DNA of 64,000 bases from Bilabrum cf. latius. Its lineage: Eukaryota. The stretch covers positions 372,001-436,000 of the forward strand of contig OZ237741.1 in NCBI GenBank assembly GCA_965178125.1, written 5' to 3'. The position numbers and the translations under genes were made by a program. This document shows positions 13,403-26,702 of this stretch, piece after piece. The notes beneath the pieces were generated by a model. The model was not told the DNA's origin, did no database searches, and was given only the letters and a program-made list of their open reading frames with translations. The first letter of the stretch is position 1; every line of letters starts with the position of its first letter.

Positions 13403-13558
13403 TAGCCCATGCCGCAGCGAATCCGGGACGGATCTAGTGAACCGATTCAGGGACTGCAAAGTAGATTGTAGACCAGCACCTCAGGAACATTCGTTGCTCT
13501 GTGCATTTCATGGAGCGGCCATGGCCTATCATCAATCATCGTATCAAATCTGGGTCCT

Positions 13559-16300
13559 TCACTGCCTCTGCCGAGCAGTCTCGTCGGCTTCTGCTTCCTC
13601 CTCTCCACCCGGGGGCGAGTGTATCCTGACCACCGCACCGGCGTGCTGCTGCCCTAGGCTCACCTAGAGGACCTGCAGCTCGCGCCTGGCAGCATCACCC
13701 TCGAAGTATTGCACCGGAATAGGCTCCAGCGAGTGCAACCCGGACTGGCCGTCCTGGCCGCCCGTGACCGTAGCCTCACGCGCATAGGATGTCTATGAGT
13801 CGACTGTCCCCTCGAATTGAGCTGCCGCACCTCTGTCTCCTGCTAGCTCTCGTGCGTGCTAGCCCCACACAAACACCCTTCCTCCCAAAACCACCATCCC
13901 ATTTCGGTACCCGGCATCTACGGTAGTGATTGGACCTCGGCCGAGTTCAATAGCGATGCGGCTGCTGTCGTGGCCAGCTGTAGGGTTCAGCGACACGATA
14001 CATGACCATTTCCCGCGCTCGCACACGATTTCAAGATCAACCCTGGCACCAACAGCGACTCCATTGGGCAACTTTGTCCGAATGACCTCCGAGACCCTGT
14101 CTGCCACGGCCTCCGCCGCTGCACCCAGCAGCGCCGGCAGTGGCCTTGCCTTCGTCCAAGCACCCGCAGACTCACTGTTTCCGAGAGCCCCTCCAGTGCA
14201 AGAGCCAACCGCGAATGCAATCATACCGTCAGACATGATGGCATGGCAATCGCCCGCGGCAAGGTGCTGGATGAACGGTCTCGTGATACCCTGGGCCTCG
14301 CTTGTGACAGCCTCTGACTCCTTCACGACTGGGCTTCTGGCGACGGGTCGGTCGACTCCCAAGACCCTGCGAATCGAAGAGAGCGCGCCAGATACAAAGC
14401 TACGTGACCCTTTTGGATGACCCGCCTGTGGTTCGTTCTCAGTCGTGTGCTCTGACTGCAGCGATGACCGCACCTTGTCCAGCACCAAGGCCTGCAGGGT
14501 TGCGTGTGCATCGGCCACTCCGTCAAACTCGAGCGGGACGGGCGTGCTTGTCTGCTGATTCTCATCCCACCTGGGCTCATCAGCATGCGTTCTGAGCTTC
14601 AGTGGTTTTGGAGAGATGTCGTCGGCACTAACGCCACCGACGGCTGGTCGCGGTCGCGTTGCTTGCTGCGCGGCTAGCAGCGGATTCGGCGTAGAACTTG
14701 AGCCAGACCGGCTCGAGCTGCCCACGTCATCGCTCTGAGTCTGAGAAGGGATGCTTACCATCGTGACCTTACCTCCCCTCGCAGTCGATCCAATCCTGCC
14801 CGACCAAAGCACCGAGCCGTCATCCAGCCCGTACACCACGAACGTGTTGCTGGCAGCCGCAGACCTGACACGCAGGTTCTCTAGAGCCTCCACCCTGACC
14901 GGCTCCATGGTCGCGCTGATGGGACCCAAGCCAAGCGCGCCGCTGAAACTAGAGCCACTCACCCACACACTCGTGCTCTTGGCACCATGACTAATAACAG
15001 CTGATTGTTTCTGAAAAGTGGCAGAATCGGGTGGTGGCTTATCGGATGCACCACCTTGGCTTGCGTGGGCATCGGCCTCGCTTGATGCGGGGGTTGCCTG
15101 CGCCCGAGCTTCCCTTGCCTGTCGCTCCAAGTCGTCTACTACCTTCACTGGCGATGAGTCTTCGTTCTCTCCACCGCGCTCCCCCGAAACACCACTGCCC
15201 TCTTCAGCGGACTCCCTGGTGAGACCGGATGTGATCAGAGAGCCAGCATGGGGAACAGAACCATCCAAGTGTGACGAGCCCTTCGTGATCACAACCGAGA
15301 CATACTTGCTCGTGGCCACCTGTAGCACCTCCAGCCCCCTCTCCCGGAAGAAGCCCACCCCGAGCGGCCTGCTCACGCTCTGCAGCTGACCCCCACCATG
15401 GTAGGAGCCCTGGGGCCCGATCCCCCCGCCCTGCATCAGCTGGCCCTCTGTTCCCTGGCCCATCACTCGAAGGCTGCCGTCCTGAAGGAGCACAATCGAG
15501 TGCTGGTCGCCAAACTGCACGTCACTGGCACGGTCAGACTGGCTGGCGCTGACGGCCGCGTCGGGCGATCCAGCCGACTCTGCAGCAACACCCTCAGAAT
15601 GTCCCGCAGATGCTGATGCTGCCGCCTAGACGGACCCTGCCTCGTCTATACCAAGCGTGGCTGCTTCAACCTGCTGAATTTCTCTGGTGGAGTCGTGTCC
15701 TGGCTCAGTCGAGTCGCTTGCCAGACCTGCCCAGTCAGCTGTCTCCGATTCGACGGGAGGCGCACCGTGATCAACCGCAGAACGCTGCGTCGGATGCTGG
15801 GTAGGCTTACCGTGTGGCTGGATAGATTCACTTTCAGGCACGAAGAAGCTGTTGTCGTACCCATGCTGATCGCTTTCCAGAGCTTGTTGCTGAGGCGGCC
15901 CTGCCTCCTCGCTCGACAAGGCTACTGGTCGAGGAGTTCCGACCCGCGGCACCCAGGGGCCCAGTCCTAATTCCCCTGATTGACCAAGCCCCATTATGTA
16001 CATGATTCCCGATTCGTTGACAACGGCCGAGCTGTTCCTGCCGCACCGTATCAGTCTTGCACCGCCGAGCTCGTGGAGCACTCGCGGACCGAGCGCCTAG
16101 GCATGAGTCTCAGGATCGTTCGGTTTCTCTCCCCGGATGCCTTCCTGTACTATTGTTCCTAGCTAGCCCTCTGCCGCCCTGCCCCAAACTACAGCTGCAT
16201 CTCGGCTGCCTCTTGCATTGGCGCTGACGTGGAGGGATCTGGAGGCAGCGTTCGCCCATTTTCGGACTGAATGCCAACTCACGACCCGCATTGGCTACAT
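13559..16300 (-). CDS. RCC1/BLIP-II repeat protein, possibly mitochondrion-targeted (TAG=Gln)
   Basis: RCC1 motifs VVWGRAAEG[TAG]LG, IRCGRNSSAVV..MGLGQSGELGLG, QFGDQHSIVLLQDGSLRVMGQGTEGQL, VL[TAG]VSLGQQHAGAV; TGA 13559-13561. Start is ATG 16300 or 16291; N-terminus is Arg/Ser/Ala-rich. Confidence 0.8.
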
Positions 16301-16441
16301 TATAACAATTTCGTCCTGGGTAGTAAGTACTGTTGGATTTTTGCTGGCAGTGGGAAGGAAAAATCGACAAGAAAGCTTGTACGGTGTGATGAGCAGTTCC
16401 AGCACGGCCTATTTTCTGGCAACTTTATCGTATTTGGCGCC

Positions 16442-17770
16442 ATGCCAATCTACGTAGCTGTACAATGTGCAGATTGTGACTAGTACCAAGCGATACAGAA
16501 GCCAAAGAATCGAAAATGGAAGTGTAGAACCTGCTCGAAGAAGCAGAGTCTTGTTAGGGTGTACGCTTAGTCAGACAAGGGCAAAGACATACGTCCGATT
16601 GTGCAAGGCCTAAACATGAGCCGAGCATGCGGAATCAATGAGGCTGCTCGACCTGAAAGTGCGCAGGAATCCGCTGTAGCTGTGGAGTTGGCAGGTGTGG
16701 CTCCATCAGCTTCGGTGGAAGATGCCCCGAATTCAAAATGGGGACAGTTTATGGACCAATCTGACATGGAAATGGAAGTAAAGATTGGCGAAGTGTTGCT
16801 AGCCACGAGTGATCAGGCCCACAGTAATCCGGCTGCAATGCAGCTGGGGCAAGCCAGAAGTGGCAAGCGGAAACGACAGAAGGCGCAATATCCCTCCAGC
16901 CAAAGAGAGGTTGCTAGTAGCCCCCCTTAGAGAAATACAAAGAGATCGCGTGTTGCTACGGAAGGGAAACGAGGCCTTAATGAGTATCATGGCGCGTCGT
17001 CTCAACGGCGGGCGAGCGAAGCAGATGCTCCGATTGTGACCGCGAGCGGAGCAAGGTAGGATCGAGGGCCGCATCTGCCGTCCCTGTCATCCCTCGGGGT
17101 GAAATACAGCTCTTCTTCTACTACTCAAACTGGTCGGGGTATAGGCGCGTCCACCCTCTTACCCAGCGCCAATGGGACTGCTACCAGCACCTTGAGTGCA
17201 GCAGCAAGGGGCGAGCGAGCGCCAAGTCCCAGCAGTATCATGATTCCACCCGGGCAAGCATACGGGCAACCGCCGCCTGCACAGGCAGCAGGGAGTTTAG
17301 AAGACCAACGCTTCCTGCGAATTCGGTCGGGGCTTTCGACAGCCTAGATCTAGGGCAGGCGGGTTGCGGCAGCTGCGACCAGTGGTGTCAACCCCTCGAC
17401 GCCAACGGGCGGGGCCGTCATCCAGCTTCCGGGGGGGAAAGCAACGGGGCGGTTATTAGGCCAGCGCAGTGCGCTATCTGGGCTCAAGGACGCATCGGCT
17501 GGACAGTCTTCGTCTTCATATTTGGACGGCAGCGAGACAGCTGGGGGCCGTGTTGGCCCGTCGTTAAGCCCTGCAGCGAGCGCATCGGAGGCGGTCTTTG
17601 TGACAGACATCGACATGCTGGGAGATGACAGCCTCGATACCAGCGGAAGAGGCGCATTGGAGCGTGACGGGGCAGCACAGGCTACAGGCAAGGCGCCAAC
17701 AGCGAGTGGTAGACGTGCCGATGGAGTGCCGCAGCCGAGCAAGCCCTCCGCATGGGACGACTTCTTGTGA
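16442..17770 (+). CDS. MRNIP: MRN-complex-interacting protein (MRNIP/C5orf45)-domain protein, 442 aa (TAG=Gln)
   Basis: N-terminus MPIYVAVQCADCD[TAG]YQAIQKPKNRKWKCRTCSKKQSLVRVYA[TAG]SDKGKDIRPIVQGLN matches the MRNIP CxxC..Q..Q.K....W.CxxC..KQS....Y......D.R..VQ.LN pattern; low-complexity tail; TGA 17768-17770. Confidence 0.8.
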
Positions 17771-18032
17771 CCTGAGATGGTTGCCTGCTGTATAAACGTG
17801 GGTCAGCAAAGCGCATTGGTGCCTCAGATGACTGCAACCCAGTTGGATCATTCATTCATAGCCAGCCTCGATCGCGGCGGCGTCTGCTTCAACTTGAAGC
17901 TGCGGAACCGCCACCGTGACGGTTCAAACCATGTTCATCCATTTCTACCGACTTGAGTATTTCGATCCGAGTTGCTTGGTACGATTTTTACAATTATAGA
18001 AGCAGGCTTTTGCGAATCGCAGTGTTATTGGC

Positions 18033-21000
18033 ATGGTATCGACTAAGATTGAGGTTGAAGCAAATGGCGACGTGGCATCACAAAGGAGCTGCTGCGGATG
18101 CCGTTGTTTGGAATATGACGTGCGCGAGAACCACTAGGTCCATTCCGTCAGTGATGAATGGGACGCCAATATCCTGTCACACTGGACGTTCCAGTGAGAG
18201 AGCGTGCACAGTGTGCTACGTGGATCGTTTGGCAGCTGCAACTTGGTCACTACATCAATTGCCTGCCCTTGCGCCACGCCAAATCATCTGCCGCAGGTGG
18301 CTTCAACCATTGGTAAACCTTGGTGCCACGCGACCGTTGGAGTTCGAAGATCTGGGGGAGCTGTCAGTACTTGACAAGTCCGATCGCCTCAGGGGCCAGT
18401 TTCGCGAAGCGCTAGATGCTGAGAAGGAGCTGCCTCCCGAGAATAGGTCTCTCTGGAGAGCACTACGCGTCTCATTTGGCGACTTATTGTACCCAGCACT
18501 ATTTGCCAAGGTCCTCGGCGACCTCTTGGCGTTCGTGCAGCCTCTCGCACTGGGCGGGATCATCGACTACATTGCTGCAGTTTAGGATGGATCAGAGGGC
18601 GACAGCGAGCTCGCGGGTCTGGGCTACGGCTGGTGGTGGACCATGGCGCTGGTCGCATCGGCTATTCTGCAGAACGCGCTGCTGCAGAACCACCACCACC
18701 TCGCGATGCGGGCAGGTATGCGCGTGCGCGCTGCCATCCAAGCCGCCGTGTACAGCAAGACGCTGACCATCGCGTCGGCTGCGCGCGAGCTTGCCGGGGT
18801 CGGCAGGCTGGTGAATCTTGCCTCTACCGACGCGGTAACCATCCACATGGTCCCTTACTTTATCTCCTACGTCGTGGCCTCCCCTATGCAGATCATCCTC
18901 ACGGGCGTGCTGCTGGTACTGGAGCTGGGCCCTGCCGCCCTGGTAGGGATGGTCACGCTGCTCCTCCTCGTCCCCGTACAGAGATACTTGGGGGGAATCA
19001 TCAAGGCTCTATCCTCTGAGACGCTCGCCAAGTCCGACTCGCGGGTCAAGCTGGTCACAGAGATCATCCAGGGGATCAAGCTGCTGCGGATGTTCGCGTG
19101 GGAGGACTCGTTCGACAAGAGAGTGACAGAGGCCCGGGACCAGGAGCTTGTGGCCAAGCGTTCGGCTGCCATGGTGACTGGTTTCAACGCTTTCATCACG
19201 GACGCCGCCCCCGTGATCGTGGCACTGCTGTCTTTCATCACGTATTCGTACACGTCAGACGAGGACCTGAACGCGAGGCAGGCCTTCACTGCTCTCACGC
19301 TCTTTGGACTCCTCAGGCTGCCACTCCTTGTGCTTCCCATGTTAAATGATGCTGTGTATAGGGCACAAGCATCGGTAGATCGCGTGCAAGGATTCCTTAA
19401 TCTGCCCGATTCAGAGCAGTATGTCACCTACAAGCGGGACCTGCCCGCGTCTGGCTTGGGCTCCTCCAAGGACTCCGAAGGCAGTGGCAAGTCGTCCGAG
19501 GATGCTGCTTCTTCAGATGCGCCAGCGCCCGCACCAGAGGCATTGGCTAGCAACGAGTCAGCACCGCGTGTCGGCATTGAGTTCACCGGTGCAGAGCTGG
19601 CGTGGACCGTGGAGCAACTGCGACAGATGAAGAAGGATGGAATCGATGTTCTTACTGGCTAGAAGGCAGATGCTCCAGCGGAAAGCAAGCCGAAGGGGAG
19701 TGCGGGCAGCGAGGACGCAGCCAAGGAGGGCGGGAAATCCTCGGGACCCGACTGGGACTTCAAGCTCAAGGTGCCCTCCCTGGCCATGCCTGCCGGCAAG
19801 CTCACTACTGTGATCGGCTCCATCGGCACCGGCAAGTCCAGCTTGCTGGCGGCACTTCTTGGCGAAATGACCCTAGAGAAGGGCTCTGTAATTGTACATC
19901 TTCCAGTTGAAAGCAGCTCTTCAGGTGGAGCAGCAGCAGCTTCGATCCCTGTAGCAGGCTTGCCAGCGAGCAACGAGAAACGCAGGGCATACGAGATGGC
20001 CTACTGCGCACAATCGGCGTGGATCATGAGCGGTACCATTCGCGACAACATCCTGTTTGGACTCCCATTTGAGCAGGAATGGTACGACGAGGTGATCGAC
20101 GCGTGCTGCCTCCGCAGCGACCTGGAGAAGAACTTTGTGGCGGGCGATGAGACCGAGGTGGGCGAGCGCGGGATCACGTGCTCTGGCGGCCAGAAGGCCC
20201 GGATTTCGCTGGCACGCGCGGTGTATTCACGAGCTCCTGTGGTGCTACTGGACGACGTGCTGAGTGCGGTAGACGCTCATGTTGGGTCGCGGATGTTTCG
20301 CGACGCGATCTGCGGACTTTTGAAGGGACGCACGGTGGTGTTCGTGTCGCATCAGGTGCAGTTCTTGCCCATGTCTGATTACGTCGTCCTTATGCATGAC
20401 GGCAGTCCCATGGCGTCTGGCACGTACCATGGGGTGATGTCCACCAGCGAGGAGGTGGCCAAGATCATGGATTTTGCGAGGGTGAGGGACAGCCAGGAGT
20501 CCGGTACCGCGGGCAGCGCTGATGCTAGTGGACAGGAAGAGCAAGACCGCGGTGCTGATGGTGCTGCTGGTGAAGAGATCAAGCCAGCAGACGCAGATGA
20601 CGTGAAGATTGAAGCCGAGGCCGCTGCTACGAGCAGCAAGCCGGTTGCTCGGCCCACCGAGCCGGCAGCAGCTGCTGCGGTTGCACCAGGCAACCCCACC
20701 AAGCCCGATGCGAGTGCTGCCACCCAGGTGAAACCGTCCTCAGCGCCCGGATCTCTCACGAAGAAAGAGCACCGTGAGCGTGGCGAAGTGGCGGTGTCCG
20801 TGTACTGCTCCTACCTGACTGCCATGTCCTACATCGGAGTCACCCTCATCTTTGGCCTGCTCATCTTGCTCAACGCCCTTCGTGTTGCCACTGACTGGTG
20901 GTTGACCCGATGGTCCACAGATGCACTGGACGAGACACTTGGAATTTACGCCAGTATCTACGCCGGCCTTGCCGCCGGCAATGTGTTTAGTATCCTGGCG

Positions 21001-22533
21001 TACGAGCTGATGTGGGCGTGGGCGGCTATGGTCGCTTCGCAGCAGCTGCACAGCGACATGTTTCGGCGGGTGATCAAGGCGATCGGTAGGTGGTTCGACA
21101 TCACTCCGAGTGGCCGCATCCAGAACAGATTCGGAAGCGACGTGGAGGTGGTGGACAAGATGCTTCCGCTGGCGTTTTCGAACTACATGAAGTTGGCGGT
21201 GCAGATCTCCGTGACGCTGATCGTTTAGGCTGTGATCACGTGGCAGGTGGTGCTCGGCTTTGCCCCGCTCTTTGTGGTGTACTACTTCCTGTAGGATTTC
21301 TATCGCAAGTCGAGCCGTGAGTGCAAGCGGCTGGAGTCGATCAGCAAGAGTCCAATCTACAACCACCTGCAGGAGACCCTCGGCGGGCTCGAGACGGTGC
21401 GGTCGGGAGGGCATTCCAAGAGGTTTGAGCGGGAGATGACGGGCCGCATCGACAACAACAGCGTCGCATTCTTCAAGCTGAACCTCATGAATCGGTGGCT
21501 TGGGCTCAGGTTGGATGTGATCGGCGGGATCATCGTGGGCATCACTGCCGTGACGGGAGTGGCCACGGCAGGCGACATCGACCCGGGGCTGGTCGGCCTG
21601 TCGATCACGTATGCCTTCGCTGTTGTTGTGCAGTTGAACTGGCTGCTGCGCTTCTCAACCGACACGGAAGTGCACATGGCTTCCGTCGAGCGCATGCTGG
21701 AATACTCCGAGGTCCCCATCGAGAAGCCGCACGTGTACCATGCTGGCGACACTGGCGGCGCACCTGCTCCGCAGGGTTGGCCCTCCCGCGGCAGCATCGA
21801 GTTCAAGGACGTGCGCATGAGGTACAACGCAGAAGACCCTGAGGACCCCCTTGTGCTCAAGGGACTCAGCCTGTCGATCCCAGCGGGGTCCCGCGTGGGC
21901 GTTGTGGGACCCACGGGTGCTGGGAAGAGCTCCATCCTTGTGGCTCTGTTCCGGTACGTGGAGCTGGCGGGTGGCAAGATTGAGATCGATGGGGTGGACA
22001 CGAGCACGATTGGCCTGAGGGAGCTGCGCCGGGCCATCACGGTGATCCCATAGGACCCCGTGCTATTCCACGAGACAGTGGCGTACAACCTCGACCCTAC
22101 CGGGAGCAGCAGCAAGCAGGACATGATGCAGGCCGTGGAAACTGTCAACCTCGCCGAGGCGGTGCAGCGGCTTGGGGGTCTGGATGGCATCGTCACTGAA
22201 GGTGGTAAGAATCTGAGTGCGGGCCAAAGGCAGCTGTTCTGCCTCGCGAGGGCACTGCTGCGCAAGAGCAAGGTGCTGGCGCTGGACGAGGCCACGAGCA
22301 GCATCAGCAAGGAAGACGACGAGCTTGTGTAGCGTATGCTCCGGGACCAGTTCCAGGGCGTGACCACCATCACGATTGCTCATCGAATCAACACCATAAC
22401 CTCCTCGGACTACATCCTGGCCATGCGGAACGGCAAGATGGCCGAGTTTGCGCCCCCCTAGGAACTGATGGAAAGAGAGGACTCGCTGTATCGGTCTCTT
22501 CTCATGGAACAGGCCAGGACGGAGTCTAGATGA
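18033..22533 (+). CDS. ABC transporter subfamily C (MRP-like), full TMD-NBD-TMD-NBD; intron 18194-18296 (TAG=Gln)
   Basis: Splicing GTGAGA..CCGCAG gives [22 protein letters not shown]1 [29 protein letters not shown]2 [11 protein letters not shown][TAG][33 protein letters not shown]; 8 in-frame TAGs; TGA 22531-22533. Confidence 0.95.
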
Positions 22534-22613
22534 AAGTCTTTCTATACGCGAGAGTTGGACAACATGACAGCATCGTGGGGGCTGGCAGGCACTGCGGGTA
22601 CGTGTTGGAGGGT

Positions 22614-22728
22614 TGCGCATGGTCCACCGATGGTGCACTGGCGGATTGTGTGCGCATGGTCCACCGATGGTGCACTGGCGGATTGTGTGCGCATGGTCCA
22701 CCGATGGTGCACTGGCGGATTGTGTGCG
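22614..22728. repeat. Tandem minisatellite, 3 identical 37-bp units (TGCGCATGGTCCACCGATGGTGCACTGGCGGATTGTG) plus 4 bp
   Basis: Units start at 22614, 22651, 22688 with no spacers; lies between the convergent 3' ends of ABCC and ADAT3. Confidence 0.95.
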
Positions 22729-22814
22729 GGGGGACACCGCATGGTGCGGTCACACATATTCGGCTTGACGAGATCCGGATCCGTGCAATCTAGGAATGCA
22801 AACACTCATCTAAA

Positions 22815-24887
22815 TCACGCTTCGCTCCCTAAAGGCCCCAGCAGCGGCGTGGCAGCCCCCCTGGATGCCGCCTGCAGCTCGCCGTCTTGCTTGCAACGAT
22901 ACACTGCGTACTTGTGGTTCATGCGCTGCACTTCCTGCAGTCTCATCCTAGAGAACAACGCGCCCTGGTCTGGGTCTGCACACCCCACGAACACGCGCCG
23001 CACCCGCGCGTGCACAAGCGACATGCACTCCATCGGCGCGGGTTCCACCGTGCAGTACACGTCGTAGCCCGTGCACAAGTACTGCTCTGGCAACGGCAGC
23101 CCTGTATCAGTCCCAGGCTGAGGTATGGGCTCGAGCACCTACGAGGCAGTAAACAGGTAGTCCGTGGCAGCCGCAGCGTCGCTGTGGCCCCGAGCCACTG
23201 CAGACGCGGGTGCCATCCCGACCGCTTTGGAGGGCGGTGTCATAGCCGTGGTACCACGCGCTGCACCAGTGCAAGCAGCCGCGTGGTTCTAAAGAGTACT
23301 AGACGACGCAGCATCAGCAATCCTACCAGCAGCACCGTTCGGCATGGAGGACATACGAGCGCCACGGGGTTCGCCGAAGCGTATGACGCGATCTGATCCA
23401 ATGGCAGGAGCGTCAAGCAAACCGCCGAACGGGCGACCACTACCAGAGGATGCGGATGCGTGGTCACCAGCTGATTCAGATGCAGCGGACGACGAGGAAG
23501 AAGACGATGCGGGAGTGCGGGCCGTGGCGACACTTTCCACACCTGCTGCTACTCCTGCAGCGGCAGCAACGCTGGATCTGGCCGAGTCCTTTACGAGCGC
23601 GCTTACAGGCTTGTACACCCTTGCTGACGGCAGAACAACCGCTCTTCTCCGCGCCCTGTCAGCAAAGGCGATCTGTTCCAGCGCAAGGAGCGTGGACGTG
23701 TGCAAAGGGTGCGCATCCGCTCCAAGGGCCTGCTAAACGCCGGCCTTGCCTGCCCCAGGACCCTCCACATTCCCACCGTCTTCCTTCCGATCGATGGTTG
23801 TACCTGATGATATGCCACTACTAGCTGAAGCAGCCGTGTCTTGACCCGAGTCGACCCCTCTACTGCTAGCTGAAGCACGTTCACCAGCTGAGGCAGGGCC
23901 GCGGGCCTGCTTAGGGAACACAGCAGGGCTTCGGTCCATGCCCACGGCACGCACTGTGTCGCTCTCTGGATCCACGATGACCACCCCCGTCCCAGCGTAG
24001 CCCATCGACCTGGACTTGCGAGCCAAGGCGATGGCGGCCTGCATGTGCTTCATAGCAGTTGCAGTTTCCTCCTCTGTCAGGACCAGTGCGTCCTGCGCCG
24101 GGCCAGCGAAGGGCTTGAGCGGCCACCGGTCGGAAAGGAGGGCGTGAACGTGCTTGTTCTGGCCGGGCCTGCCCGCCGCGGGCTGCCGCACCCACCTACC
24201 TGGGAAGGACCTGAGCTTTTCCACGAGGTCCGGCTTGGCCTCTGCCACGTCGTGGATATCTGCCATCCGGCACAGGACGATGCGCACCACCTGCTCCACC
24301 ATGCTGCCGTCCTCATCGGTGATGGGCCGTACCTAGGGCCCGAGCCAGCCATCGGGTGGGCGGGCCTCCTGCCCAGCCGAGCTCGCGCTTCCACACTGCA
24401 TTGGTGCACACTCTGAGCCGCTGGCACTCGCCTCAACTCGAGCTTTCTTGGAGGGGGGGGCGCCTGACGGACTTGTTGACCGGCCTCGAGACTCGCCCAG
24501 TCGGCCACTTTCTGGATCATCCAGTCGCTTGCGATCAGGCAGAGAAGGAGGAACCTACTAACTGCGAGCTGAACTCGTGCTAGCATCGGACCGTTTGCGG
24601 ATGTCTGCCGCAGGTCGGCCATACTCATTCGAGTCTTCCAGAAGAGCTTCCTCCAAGTCAATTTCATGAGATTCATCGGCCTCTTCCTGGATCATCCAAG
24701 CAACACGGCGTAAATGGCGATGTGCACCAACTACAGCTGCAATACTGTTGCCTAACTTAACCGCTGTGGACGTCATACGGGGTTCGGTGTCCACGGCGAG
24801 AAAATCCTCCATTAATGGGGACACTGAACGATCCCATTTATCGTCCTCCGGGAGCACATGGGAAAATTCATGCGACTTCGTATCCAT
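22815..24887 (-). CDS. ADAT3: tRNA A34 deaminase non-catalytic subunit ADAT3/Tad3, 690 aa (TAG=Gln)
   Basis: N-terminal HRHLRRV, RWPL, HMQAAIALA..GVVIVDP, HPLH, C-terminal YLCTGYDVYCTVEP..M..MSLVHARVRRVFVG..GALFS...MNHKYAVY; four ORF fragments in one frame joined by 6 TAGs; TGA 22815-22817. Confidence 0.88.
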
Positions 24888-25073
24888 TAAAATATACCAC
24901 GCCCTAAGATTTATTATTTATTGCTTTGGGGCGATATTGGGGATCGCCAGTTCCATGTGCTGGTCTGGTTTTCATATAAGCACACGTAACCATACAGAAA
25001 TGTCGGGGAAGAGTCCAGCGAACTGTCGAGCCAGACTGCCTTTGCCAGGTTAGTTACATTCCGAACAACAAGC

Positions 25074-26702
25074 ATGTGTCTCGGTTTAGCGTGCTGCGCT
25101 GGATCTTGCTGCTGTTCATTGGCACGTTGTTGCACGTGCCGGGGCGAATTTGCATCCAACAGTACTTCAAAGCTGATCTATGTGGCAGTCATGGCGCTGG
25201 GTGCTATCATTGCAGCTTTGCTGCGGTTTGGTTTCGGGCAGCAATTGGAATCTCAGTTTTATGCCTTCAGAGTCGATTGCGAAGACGACTCGTGCGTGGG
25301 CATCATTGCGGTGTACAGAATTAGTCTCGCTCTGTTCGTATTCTTCGCGATTATGACTCTGCTCGTGGCTGCGAGCCCCGTGGCACACGTTGGCGCGTGG
25401 ATGATTAAAATAATTGGCTTCCTCGTGCTGGTGGCGGCATCCTTCTTCGTCCCGTCCGATGCCCTGCGCAACTTCTCCTAGTTTGCGAGGGTTGGATCGG
25501 TTTTGTTCCTGCTGGTGCAAGTGCTCGTCGTGATTGATTTCGCGTTTGATGCCCACGAATATCTAACAAGGAAGATGTCCGAGTTCGTGCAGAGCTGGTA
25601 GGATCAGCAGACCGGATTTTCGGACGAGAAGTCTGTCCCGGGTATCTGTCAGAATCCTTGGGCAGTCACTTACATTGTGTCCACCGTGGCCTGCTCGCTT
25701 GGTAGCGTTCTTACCATTATTTTGCTTTGGGTGCCCGGCATCGGCTTCCCGCAATGCGGCCTCACGAATTTCTATCTCGGCGAGACTCTCCTCTTCGGCA
25801 TCGGTTTCGCGCTGGTGAGCATGCTGGAGCAAGTCAACCAGGGCGCGCTCCCGCCAGCCATTCTGTGGGTGAACAGCGTGTTCCTTGCGTACGGAGCGAT
25901 CAGCAACAACCCGGATGAGAGCTGCAACCCCCTAGCCGGCGAGACGCAGTGGGGGACGATCCTCGTCTCCCTCATCTTCGCCGCCGTGGCTCTCGTATGG
26001 ATGGCGTTCCGGGCCGCCAGCAGCGGATATGACATCCTCTGCCCGGGGGCCTACTCCACCCTTGTCCCCGAGAAGAACGCAGAGGTGGACCAGAGGCGAA
26101 AGGAGGCCGCGGAAGACGCCCTAGAGGCTAGGGAATCCGCGGGCGTGGGTGTGGCAAGCGCTTCGGGCGCGTCTCCGACGGTCAAGGAGTGGGGATCCGG
26201 GGACGTGGAGGCGGCCCCGTCTGCCTCGGCGGGTGCAGCAGCAGCCGCCTCCGCCCCCGCCCCGGGGCCGGGGAGTCGCTCCACCGCGCTGGTGGAGAAG
26301 GACCAGACCAACCCTGTGGTGGGCGCTGGGACCGGCGAGGCGACCCAGAGCACGTACGGGTCCACACCAGACGCTGGAGGCCGGGGTCGGTTCGAGGCGG
26401 GGCGACAGGAGGACCCAGAGGCTGTGCAGCAGCAGGAGCAGGAGGCGCTGGATTCTGTCGAGGGGCAGCCGTGGGTCTTCCATCTGATCATGGCGGCAGG
26501 CGGGCTCTACCTGGCCATGGTGATGACGAACTGGGGGTATGCAACCGAGGAAGGTGGCCAGTCGGTCGCAGTGGAAGCCTCCGAGATCGCCATGTGGGTG
26601 AGGGTGGCCTGCCAGTTCGCCGTCCACGCCATCTACTCGTGGATCCTCATCGCTCCCGCTTGCTTCCCGGATCGCTCGTTCGGCGCACGAGACGACTACT
26701 GA
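25074..26702 (+). CDS. SERINC: Serine incorporator (SERINC/TDE/TMS1) family membrane protein (TAG=Gln)
   Basis: Cys-rich N-terminus, CVGIIAVYRISLALFVFF, HVGAWMIK, GSVLFLLVQVLVVIDFA, FHLIMAAGGLYLAMVMTNW, WVRVACQ...YSWILIAPACFPDRSF; TAG at 25479 and 25599; TGA 26700-26702. Confidence 0.92.

Noticed and set aside
22614-22728. CRISPR-like array (37-bp repeats)
   Set aside because: Units are contiguous with no spacers, there are no cas genes, and the context is eukaryotic.
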